Shown here piece by piece: positions 46,824-56,951 of a stretch of DNA of 64,000 nucleotides. The stretch lies in contig CAWIWS010000008.1 in the NCBI GenBank assembly GCA_963839865.1, positions 60,301 to 124,300 of the forward strand, written 5' to 3'. A model generated the notes under the pieces. The model searched no databases. It saw only the letters and a program-made list of their open reading frames with translations, and was not told the DNA's origin. The DNA is from an uncultured Acidobacteriota bacterium. GTDB lineage: Bacteria; Acidobacteriota; Vicinamibacteria; Vicinamibacterales; UBA2999. Both the position numbers and the translations under genes were made by a program. Positions within the stretch are counted from its first letter, which is position 1. Each line of letters starts with the position of its first letter.

Positions 46824-48876
46824 GTCTTGTCTCGCGACTGAAACAATTGATTCGCGGCACGGTCGCCATGCCGGCGGCCGCGCCGGTTGCCGACCTCGGC
46901 GCCGGCAGCACCGCCGGAGCGATGGGACGATCAGGTCGCCGCACTCGGCGTGACCGTCGACGTGTGGTCGCAGCAGCGGCGGGATGCGGGACGGCTCTAC
47001 GCGGACGTATCCGACGCGGCGATCGAGGCCATGCGCGCGCGGTGGCCCGACCGCGTCGCCCGCCTCCGTGACGCGGCGGATCGCATCTGCGCGCACGAGT
47101 TCGACCTGCTCGGCAGCGGCTTCGGGGTGATCGCCGATCCCGACCGCCCGGCCGGCGCCGATGGCTACCGGCCGATTGATTGGGCGGTGGATCCAATTGC
47201 GGGTCTTCGTTTTCCATCGGGATTCCCGCACAAGCAATGGAACCCGGGGATGCGTCCCGGACTGGCGGACATCAAGTGGCCGTGGGAAATCGGCCGCTGC
47301 CAGCACTGGGTGACGCTGGGCCAGGCGTTCCGCCTGACCGGCGACGAACGCTACGCCGCCGAGATCGTGCGCCAGCACGCGGACTTCATGGAGGCGAACC
47401 CGGTGGGGATCGGAGTGCAGTTCGTCTGCACGATGGACGTGGCGATCCGCGCCTTCAACTGGGCCCTGGCCTTCGAGTTGATTCGGCAGTCGGCGTCGTT
47501 CGATCCGACCGCGATGGCGCGCGCCTACCGGTCGCTCTTCGACGTCGGCGTCTTCATCGAAGGCAACCTCGAGAACAAGTACGAAGTCACGAGCAACCAC
47601 TTCCTGAGCAACGTCGTCGGGCTCTACGGCGTCGGCCTCGTGTTCAGCGATCTCGCGGCCGGCCGGCGTTGGCTGGGCGAAGGCCGCGAATGGCTCGAGC
47701 AGGAGATGCGCGTCCAGGTGCTCGAAGACGGCATGGACTACGAATCATCCATTCCGTATCACCGCCTCGTCGCCGAGTTGTTTCTTGGCGGCGCACGGGT
47801 CGCGGAACTCGAGGGATCGCCGTTGTCGCCCGAGTATCTCGAGAGCCTGCACCGGATGGTCGAGTTCCTGGTCGCCGTGCAGCGGCCCGACGGCGTGATG
47901 CCGCAGGTCGGCGACGCGGATGACGGGCGCCTCCACATCTTCACCGACTACGGAACCTGGAAGCCGCAGGATGGTCGGCACCTCGCCGGCCCCGCGGCGT
48001 TCGTGCTGCACGAGCCCTCATGGGATGCGGCGGGCGGCGACGACGGGCAGTGGGAGGCGGCGTGGTGGGGCGCGAATCCCGCCGAGGCAGGGCAGCCTTC
48101 TGGAATTGACGTAGGGCACCCCTTTACGGGGTGCCCCGACACCGCCCACCTCTTCCCTCACGCGGGGATCGCCGTGTCGCGCACGGGCGGTACCTACCTG
48201 CTCGTCACCAACAGCCGCGTGGGCACCAACGGGTTCGGCAACCACAAGCACAACGACCTGCTGTCGTTCGAATTTCACGCCGACGGCGTGCCGCTCATCG
48301 TGGACCCGGGCAGCTACGTCTACACATCCGACCCCGACGCTCGCAACCTGTTCCGCACGACCGGGTATCACAACACCCTGCGAATCGACGGCGTCGAGCA
48401 GAACGACGTGCGGCTCGACTATCTCTTCCGGATGTTCGAGACGTCCACGGTGGAGCACCTGGCCTTCGAGGACTCGCCTTCGGAGACGACCTATCGTGGC
48501 CGGCACACGGGTTACGAACGCCTCCCCGCCGCGGTGACGCACGAGCGCGAGTTCCGCGTCGACCAAGGATCCGGGAGCGCTGACGATTACCGACCGCTTG
48601 AGCGGCGGCGGCACGCATGCCCTCACGTGGCACTTCCACGTCGCGCCGGGGGTTGGCGTGGCCGATCTCGGCGGCGGACGGTTCGCGCTCTCGGTGCCGG
48701 GAGGGATCTGGGAACTGCGCGCGCCGTCGCACCTGAAAGCCGCCGTATCCGACGCGTGGTACTCGCCCTCGTACGGCATGCGGGTCCCGTGCCGCGCCAT
48801 CGACTTCTCGGCGACGGCGGACGTGTCATCCTCGCCGGACTATCACTTCGCGATTGGACCCCAGGCCCATGGCTAA
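46820..48876 (+). pseudogene. Heparinase II/III-like protein, copy 2; +1 breaks near 46915 and 48585
   Basis: GTG 46820 overlaps the upstream stop (GTGA). VSLVSRLKQLIRGTVAMP.. (frame 2) passes into ORF 46887-48914 (HEFDLLGSG, WPWEIGRCQHWVTLGQAFRLTGDERYA, NHFLSN, DGVMPQVGDADDG, GNHKHNDLLSFEF, HNTLRIDG), then into frame 1: ALTITDRLSGGGTHALTWHFHV...AIGPQAHG*. Confidence 0.75.
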
Positions 48877-49691
48877 CCCTGTCTCCGCCCTCGCCCGAGG
48901 CACGACCGCGATGACCCGCACGCTGGCGGGCAACGCGCGGCTGCTCGTGGCCATCACGCGCGTCGAGCTGTCGAAGAAGTACGCCGGCTCGGTGCTCGGC
49001 CCCCTGTGGCTGGTCCTCCAGCCCGCGCTCCTGCTCTCGGTCTACATCTTCGTCTACCTCGTCGTCTTCAAGATGCGGTTCAAGGATTTCAGCCGCCTCG
49101 ACTACGTGCTCTACGTGTTCACCGGGCTGATCCCGTACATGGGGACCATCGACGCCATCACGTCCGGCGCCGTGTCCATCAAGCAGAACATCCATCTCGT
49201 GAAGAACGTGATGCTGCCGATTGAACTCGTGCCCGTGCGGGCCGTGCTCGTCGCGTCCCTCAGCCAGGCCGTGGGGCTCGGCGTGGTCATCCTGCTCACG
49301 GCGATCAACGGGTCGCTCACGTGGCACATCCTGTGGCTGCCCGTCGTGTGGGCGCTCCAGATCCTCATGCTTTTCGGCATCGCCTGGATCCTCGCGAGCA
49401 TCGCCGTGGGCCTGCCCGACATCAGCTATTTCATCAGCCTGTTCCTGTTCCTGCTGATGTGGGTGTCGCCGATCGGCTTCACGCCGGACATGGTGCCGGC
49501 CAGACCTGGCGGCGATGCTCTATCTCAACCCGGTGTACTACCTGCTCGAGATGTATCGCGACAGCCTGCTCTTCGGGCACCTTCCGTCGCTCCAGGTGGC
49601 CGGTGTCTACGCCGGCATGTGCCTCTTCACGTTCGCCGTCGGCAGCGCGTTCTTCCGCGCGTTCCGCAGCGTCCTCCTGGATTACGAGTAG
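48869..49691 (+). pseudogene. ABC-2 type transporter permease (Wzm/KpsM/TagG-like polysaccharide exporter component); +1 break near 49505
   Basis: RVELSKKYAGSVLGPLWLVLQPALLL.., 6 hydrophobic helices. After ..FTPDMVPAR the sense continues in frame 0 (LAAMLYLNPVYYLLEMYRDSLLFG...LLDYE*), which is typical of ABC-2 C-termini. No ATPase gene lies adjacent. Confidence 0.7.
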
Positions 49692-49706
49692 GCCGGTCCT
49701 CATCAC

Positions 49707-51628
49707 ATGTGCGGCATAGCCGGCGTCCTGGCCTTCGACCACGGCGCCACCCGTGTGTCCGAACCCCTCGTGACGGCGATGCGCGAGACGCTGCGGCATC
49801 GCGGACCCGACGGCGGCGACACCTGGGTGGACGCGGCCGGCCGCATCGGTCTCGGCCATCGCCGCCTGTCGATCATCGACCTCGCGACGACGGCCTCGCA
49901 GCCGATGGCCAACGAGGACGGCACGCTGCACATCGTCTTCAACGGCGAGATCTACAACCACCTCGACCTGCGCGCGGAGTTGTCGAAGTCGGGACGGCAC
50001 CGGTGGTCCACGGACCATTCCGACACCGAGGTGATCCTCCACGGCTTCGAGGAGTGGGGCATCGAGGTCGTCCACAGGCTGCGCGGGATGTTCGCGTTCG
50101 CGTTGTGGGACGCGCGCGAGCAGGCGCTGTGGCTCGTGCGCGACCGCATCGGCATCAAGCCGCTCTACTACAGCCTCGACGCCCACCGCCTCTGCGTTCG
50201 CCTCCGAGATCAAGGCGCTGCTCGAGGTTCCGGGCCAGCGCCGCGCCGTGCACGAGGAAGCGCTCTTCCACTACCTGTCGTTCCTGACGACGCCGAACAC
50301 GCAGACGCTGTTCGACGGCATCCTCAAGATGGCGCCGGGCACCTGGCTGCGCGCCGGCGCCGACGGTCGCGTCACGCAGAAGCGCTACTGGGACGTGTGG
50401 GATGCCGCTCGGCCGCTCGAGGCCGGATGACGACGAGTCGCTGGCCGAGCGCGTGCTCGACGAGCTGCGCACCTCGGTGCGTCTGCGCAAGCTGAGCGAC
50501 GTCCCGGTCGGCGTGTTCCTCTCCGGCGGGCTCGACTCCAGCACCAACGCCGCGCTGTTCTCGGAGGGCGAGGGGCGCCCGGTCCGCACGTTCTCCATCG
50601 GCTACGACCGCGACTACCCCGGCTACGCCAACGAGCTGCACTTCGCACGCTCGATGGCCGAGCGCATCGGCGCCGAGCATCACGAGCGCCGCCTCACGCG
50701 GGACGACGTCGTGGAGTTCCTGCCGAGGATGGTGCACCTGCAGGACGAGCCCATCGCGGATCCGGTCTGCGTGCCGGTCTACTACGTGGCGAAGCTCGCG
50801 CGCGAGAGCGGCACCGTCGTCTGCCAGCTCGGCGAGGGCGCCGACGAGCTGTTCATCGGGTACCCCAACTGGCTGCAGGCGCTCGAACGGCAGCAGTATG
50901 ACGACCTGCCGGTGCCGCGCTTCGTGAAGGGGCTGGCCGCCGCCGGGCTCAAGGCCGCCGGCTACGACCACGCGTGGCAGTACGAGTACCTGCGCCGCGG
51001 CTCGCGCGGCGAGCCGTTGTTCTGGGGCGGCGCCGAGTCGTTCCCCGATGCCGAGAAGCGCCGGCTGCTTGGCTCACGCCTGCGAAGTCAGTTCAAGGAC
51101 CTCACGTCCTGGGACGCGCTGGCGCCGATTCGAGCGGATTTCCTGAGCAAGGCGCACGAGACTTCGAGCCTGAACTGGATGAGCTACGTCGACCTGCGCC
51201 TGCGCCTCCCCGAGCTGCTGCTGATGCGCGTCGACAAGATGACGATGGGCGTGGGACTCGAGGCGCGGGTGCCGTTCCTGGATCACGAGTTCGTGACGCT
51301 GGCGATGAGCATCCCGAGCGCGCGCAAGGCGCCGAACGGCCGGCTGAAGCACCTGCTGAAGACCGCGGTGCGGGACCTCGTCCCCACCGAGTTGATCGAA
51401 CGGCGCAAGCAGGGCTTCGGCGTGCCCGTCGATGACCTGTTCGCCGGTCGCCTGGCCGAGGTTGCCACGAAGGAGCTGACGCGTTTCTGCGACGAGACGG
51501 GGCTCTTGGACAAGGCGGCCGCGCTGCATCTCGTGCGCTCCGGCCAGGGCTCGAAGACCTGGTACCTGCTGAACCTGGCGATGTGGTGGCGCCACTTCAT
51601 CGCGGGTGAGGAACTGGAGGTCGAATAG
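49707..51628 (+). pseudogene. asnB: Asparagine synthase (glutamine-hydrolysing) family amidotransferase, copy 2; +1 breaks near 50190 and 50425
   Basis: MCGIAG, RGPDG, FNGEIYNH, GIKPLYY. Then frame 1 reads FASEIKALLE...YLSFLTTP. Then frame 2 carries the PP-loop FLSGGLDSS, and ends with ..DKMTMGVGLEARVPFLD..RRKQGF. Confidence 0.8.
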
Positions 51629-51630
51629 CC

Positions 51631-54600
51631 TTGCCGCTTGCTTCGCGCGCGGCGGAATGGGCGTGGGTGCTCGCGGCCTTCGTCTTGCTCAGTGGCGTCT
51701 ACGCCAGCCAGCAGCCCATCGACGGGCGAGAGGGACTTGGCGAGGGGGGCCAGATCTACCACGCCATGGCGACGGCGTTCCCGCGCGAGTTGCCGCCGCC
51801 GGGCACGGCGCCTTTCGTCCATCGACTTGGGACCCCACTCGCGGCCGCGGTCCTCGCGAAGAGTCGGGATTGGGTGATTGCGGCTGGGTTCGATCGCCTC
51901 AACTTCGCCTTGAACGCGCTCTCGGTGCTGCTGCTGGTGGTGCTCCTGCAGCGCCATGTGCCGGGCGCCTTCGCCCGGGTGCTGGTCGCGTGCGCCTTCA
52001 TGATCGAGCCGCATTCCCCCATGCGGCTTTCGTACGTCCACCCGCTGTCGGCCGATCCGGCGGCCCTGGCCGGACTCCTCGCCGGCCTCGTGGGCATCGA
52101 GTGGTTCCAGGCACGGCCCGGCCCCACGCGGGCGGCGTGGCTCGCCGCGCTCGTCTCGGCGGGCGTGGTCTTCCACGAGGCGATCCTCATGGTGGGCGTG
52201 TGCGTGCTCTTCACGCCGGCCTCGAACGACTGGAGAGGCGCGGGACCTCGACCGGCGACGTGGCGGGAGCGGCTCTCGGCGCTGGATCGAACGGGCGCCT
52301 GGCTGCCGCTGATGAGCGGCACGATCACCCTCGCGCTCATCCATGCGTGGGTGGTACCGACGCCGTCCGCCTACTCGGCGTCCGGCGAGATGCTGCGATG
52401 GCTCACGGAGAAATCGATGCTCCGGTACGGCATCGCGTGGTTCCTCGTGTTCGGTCCCTTGCTCGCCTTGCCGTTGTACTTCTGGCGCGCCAGCGCCGGG
52501 TTCCTGCGCGAGCGCCCGGCGTGGCCGGCCTACCTTGCCATGTGCGCCGCCGTGGCGTGGGTGGGTGACGGCGAAACGGAGCGGCTGCTGGCGTGGGCGT
52601 CGCCCGTGGTCTACATCCTGATCGGCCGGGCGTTCGCGGCCGCCGCCTTCGACCCCGCCAGCGTGGCCGTGACCGGACTCGTGCTGGCGCAAGGGTTCTC
52701 GTCTCGCGTGTTCTCACCAATCGGGGGCCCGATCGCGCCTCCTGCAGTGCGCGCCGAGGTGTGGGAGCGGCTCGGATGGGCCGATACCGCCTGGGCCCTG
52801 TCGTATCAGAACATGTGGAGCCAATTCTGCGCGCCCGCGATGCTGAACGCTTACCTGTTGTGGTACGGCGTCACCGTGGGATGCGTGATGGGGCTCGTGT
52901 GGCACCGCGCGAACGGCCCGGGCCGCCCACGGGTTGAGGGGGAGGCGCCAACGCGTCCGCCGCGCGCGCGGCCGGGCCCCGGGCTCGTGGCGATCTCGGG
53001 TGCCGTGGTCGCCCTGTCACCGGTGGTGTGGCTGGCGTCGAGTGGCTTCTACGCGAGCCACTATGACCTGCCAGGATTCGCATACCTGCCCTACAATCTC
53101 GCGCGCATCTGGGTGTTGCCCGTCCTGCTCGCCGCGTTCTGGTCCACCGGCTCGCGGATCACCCAGGCGCTCTCGCCCCCGGGGGCTGCGTCCGCGCACG
53201 GCATGAGCCGATTCCTCGAATCCGTGTTCTGCGGCGCCGCGGCGTGGTCCGTGGCCATCGTCCTCGTTGCGATGACCCACCTCTATTACCTTTGGGTCGT
53301 GCTTGCCCGCGGTCTTCGTGGCGGTGGCGCTCGCGATCTTCGATCTCCTGTCGCGCCATCGGGAAGCACCCGCGCTGGGTGACGGACCGGATCCCGGCCG
53401 GTGGGGTTTCCTCGGCCTGGTGCTCCGGTTCACCGTGGTTCTGCACGCCGCGGCCATCCTCCTGGCGATCGTGCTCTGGGGCCATTTCGGGGGCGACAAC
53501 GACGTGCCCGGGAACTACCTGCCCTATTACGCGGCGGTGCTGCGCGATCACTCGAACGCCCCCAACGAGTACTGGGTGCACTTCTTCGCGTCCAAGGGCA
53601 ATGGCCTGGCGTTCCTGTCGAACGTCCTTTCCGATGTCCAGGGCGCGGCGCTTGCGACCTACCTGATGCTGCTGCTGGGCGCGGGCCTGATGTGGCGCCA
53701 CGCCTCACGGTCGGCCTCGTCCGCCGCATCCGCGATTGGGCTCGTGGCTGCCGCGCTGTACCTCCAGTACTACGCGGGTCAGGGCGCGTACGCGAAGCCG
53801 CACATCCTCCGCAACACGTTCATCCTCTTCATCGTCCTCGAGGGCATCCAGGCGTGGCGCGTTCGAGGCGGCTATTCGGGCGCCGGCCTCGCATCGCGCG
53901 TTGCGGCCGCGACCGCAGTGGTCGTCCTCTCGCCGCTGGCCATCGTCCTGCTGGTGCCCATCTTCCTCATGGAAACGGCGGTCGCGTGGTTCCGCCACGG
54001 CGCGGCCGCGGCGCGGCGGTCCCTCGTCGCGCCGCTCTGGGCGTCCGGCGTGGCGGTCCTGGTTTGCGCCTACAACTTCCTCGAAGTCGGCCTGCCCGAA
54101 CTGCATTCGATGCCGTCGTTCGTCGGCCGCATGGTGGACGTGGGTCGCCTCGGTCGCTGGATTCGATCCGGGCCTTGCGTACCTCGACTATCGGCTTGCG
54201 TTCGTGCAGGTCGCGTTGCGTGGCGACAGCGCCCCGGGCAACGCCGCCGCGATCCTGACGCCCACACTCGCGGTCCCGCAGGTCCTTGCGGGTCTGCTCA
54301 GCCCCGCGACCCTGGCGATGATCGGCGGCGCGCTCCTGGCCCTCGCGCTCGGCATCGTGTGCTCGATGGGATCGAGGCGGGCGCCAACCGCCGCGACGCC
54401 GGCCGTTGCGGGTTCTGGGGTGGTGATCGAGGTGGCGTTTCTGCTGGTCGTCCTGGCGATGCTGGCGACGCTTCAGATGTTCGGCGGCGGACCGGGCTCA
54501 TCGATGGGGCGCTTCACGGACTTCGCCAACCCAATCGGCCTCGCGCTCGGCGTCGTCCTGCTGACGACGGCCTGGTCGATGGTGCCACCGGGGATTTGGC

Positions 54601-55235
54601 GAGGCCTGCTCGGGACCATCATCGCCGTCGTGGCGGTGGCGGCCCTGTATCTCGGCGCTTCGCCCGTGCTGGCGCTGCCATGGCGGGCGAGCACCGGCTT
54701 CCTCCTTGGCCAGAACAGCTACGCGTCGATGAACGAGGTGTATTGGGACACGCAGACGGCGCAGAGTCTGGCGCGCTCTCTTCCACACGGCTCACGGGCG
54801 GAACTGCTCAATTTCCTTCCGGGCTTCACCGCGGTGCCTTCAACGCCGTTTCAGCGGCCGGACGGGTGCGTCTACCTCACGGACTACACGAGGGTCCTTT
54901 ACGGTTCCGCGGACGAATCGTCGGCCATATACGCGTCATCGAACATCGACTACTTTCTGTTCGACGTTGGCGCCGAATCTCCGGTGGTGTGGAGTGGGTT
55001 CGCACCGTTGTTCACGCCGCAGTCGATCGAGTCTCGCATGCGCCTCGTGACGCACGTGGCCACCAACACGCGGGATCTGTACCTCTTGACCTGGCGTCAC
55101 GATGCCGCGCCGACAGAGAGCGATGCCTTCAACACGTTCCTGGGAAAATGGGCCGCGAAGCTGGCGTCGGAGCGGAACAACGGGTCTTTCAGCGGTTCGT
55201 ACGACTACGGCGCGCAGCACGCTCGTTCCCGTTAG
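51631..55235 (+). pseudogene. Very large polytopic membrane protein (~1200 aa if one gene) or two fused/adjacent membrane-protein genes; +1 breaks near 53300 and 54158
   Basis: ORFs 51631-53382 (frame 1), 53303-55261 (frame 2) and 53736-55235 (frame 0) join colinearly: ..THLYYLWVV|LPAVFVAVALAIFDLL.. and ..VDVGRLGR|GFDPGLAYLDYRLAF... More than 20 hydrophobic segments. A Pro/Arg-rich linker (GPGRPRVEGEAPTRPPRARPGPG) mid-way could mark a masked gene boundary. The C-terminal ~170 aa are soluble. Confidence 0.5.
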
Positions 55236-55337
55236 TTCCAGCACCTGACCGCGAGCCATGATGCACTACGCTGTAAGGCACACCCACCCCCATGCTGACG
55301 CTCATCCCCAGATGCCCCAGTTGGTGACGACCTGACC

Positions 55338-56951
55338 GTGGTCTCCGCACGCACGCGCATCACGGTGCTTCGCCACGGGTCCGGTCGATGGGACGTGGGA
55401 CCTGACGAGACGGTGGCCACGGTCGATCGGCTCAGGGCCGCGGCGCGGGGCGGCGGCCTGCTGCGCCACCTGTTCCGATACGACGAGGCGCGGATCCTCA
55501 CCCATCGCCTCGAGACGATCGGCCGTCCGCTCAAGCTCGCGTTGTTCCTTCGCGCGCTCAGCCACGGCCCCTGCTTCGTCGAGGACGAGGGCGGCCGCCG
55601 GCGCGCGCTCTCGCTGCCGTTGATCGGCCGCTGGGCCTGGCAGGCCCTTCGGGAGCCCTTCGGCAAGGCGCGCCTCCTGCAGTCGATCGACGAGGAAACG
55701 GCGGCGCTCGTCGCGCGAGCGAAGGCTGAACCGCCGCGCCGGCTGGCCCTGAGCCATCAACCACTCTACCTGCGCACCGACCTGAGCTTCGGCCTCAAGG
55801 CGGGCGGATCGGTGGGGCACATCGCCGGCGTGATCAACCACCTGAAAGCCTTCGGCGGCCCGCCGATCATGCTGACGACCGACATGGTGCCCACCGTGGA
55901 CCCTGCGATTGAAGTGCATCTCGTCCCGCCCGCGGAGGCGTTCTGGGAATATCCGGAACTCCCCAGTCTCGTCATGAACGAGCAGTTCAAGGCGGTGGCG
56001 CGCGAGGCCCTGGGGACGCGGCCTGTCTCGTTCATCTACCAGCGCTACAGCCTGAACAGCTACGCGGGCGCCCGCCTTGCCGTCGAGCACCGCGTGCCGT
56101 TCGTCATGGAATACAACGGCTCCGAGATCTGGATGAGCCGCCACTGGGGCACGCCGCTCGAGCACGAAGCGCTCTCCTCGCGGATCGAGCTGGCCAATCT
56201 CGCCATTGCCGACCTCGTGGTCGTCGTCAGCCAGGCGATGGCCGATGAGCTCACGGCGCGCGGCATTCCGGCGAGCAAGATCCTCGTAAACCCCAACGGC
56301 GTGGAGCCGGCTCTCTATTCGCCGGAGATCCCCGGCGGCGCCACCCGCGATCAATTGGGGTTCGATGGCAAGACGGTGATCGGCTTCATCGGCACCATGG
56401 GACCGTGGCACGGCGCCGAGGTGCTCGCAGAGGCGTTTGCCCGGCTCATCGACCGGAATCCCGTGTATCGCGAGTCGGTCCGCCTGCTGATGATTGGCGA
56501 CGGCGTGAAGATGCCGGAAGTGACGGCGGCGCTCGACGCCGGCGGTGTGCGCAACCTCGCCGTGCTCACGGGCATCGTCCCGCAGGCGGAGGGGCCCCGC
56601 TATCTCGCGGCGTGCGACATCCTCGCGTCGCCGCACGTGCCGAACCCGGACGGGACGCCGTTCTTCGGATCGCCGACGAAGCTGTTCGAATACATGGCGA
56701 TGGGCAAGGGCATTGTCGCGTCCGATCTCGACCAGGTCGGCGAGATTCTCGAGCACGGCCGCGCCGCGCAGATGACCGTACCCGGGAGCGTCGATTCGCT
56801 GGTCGACGGGCTGCGCGCCTTGATCGACAACCCGGTGCGTCGCGAGGCCCTCGGCACCGAGGCGCGCTGCCTGGTCCTCGAACGACATTCGTGGCGCGAG
56901 CACACGCGCCGCATCATCCACGCCCTCCAGGAACGCGTGCCCGCCTCGTGA
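55338..56951 (+). CDS. N-domain + GT4-type glycosyltransferase (third paralog of the 41485/44226 genes, without a methyltransferase domain), intact
   Basis: 537 aa. Blocks: LYLRTDLSFGLKAGGSVGHIAGVINHL, VMEYNGSEI, ILVNPNGVEP, GTMGPWHGAEVL, FFGSPTKLFEYMAMGKGIVASDL. Preceded by the largest same-strand gap in the window (102 nt). Confidence 0.8.
   Translation: MVSARTRITVLRHGSGRWDVGPDETVATVDRLRAAARGGGLLRHLFRYDEARILTHRLETIGRPLKLALFLRALSHGPCFVEDEGGRRRALSLPLIGRWAWQALREPFGKARLLQSIDEETAALVARAKAEPPRRLALSHQPLYLRTDLSFGLKAGGSVGHIAGVINHLKAFGGPPIMLTTDMVPTVDPAIEVHLVPPAEAFWEYPELPSLVMNEQFKAVAREALGTRPVSFIYQRYSLNSYAGARLAVEHRVPFVMEYNGSEIWMSRHWGTPLEHEALSSRIELANLAIADLVVVVSQAMADELTARGIPASKILVNPNGVEPALYSPEIPGGATRDQLGFDGKTVIGFIGTMGPWHGAEVLAEAFARLIDRNPVYRESVRLLMIGDGVKMPEVTAALDAGGVRNLAVLTGIVPQAEGPRYLAACDILASPHVPNPDGTPFFGSPTKLFEYMAMGKGIVASDLDQVGEILEHGRAAQMTVPGSVDSLVDGLRALIDNPVRREALGTEARCLVLERHSWREHTRRIIHALQERVPAS

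Noticed and set aside
55236-55337. The 102-nt, slightly AT-richer gap before GT 55338 as an internal promoter or operon boundary
   Set aside because: This is plausible from position alone, but I could not identify a convincing -35/-10 pair, terminator hairpin or RBS by eye. It is therefore not reported as a feature.
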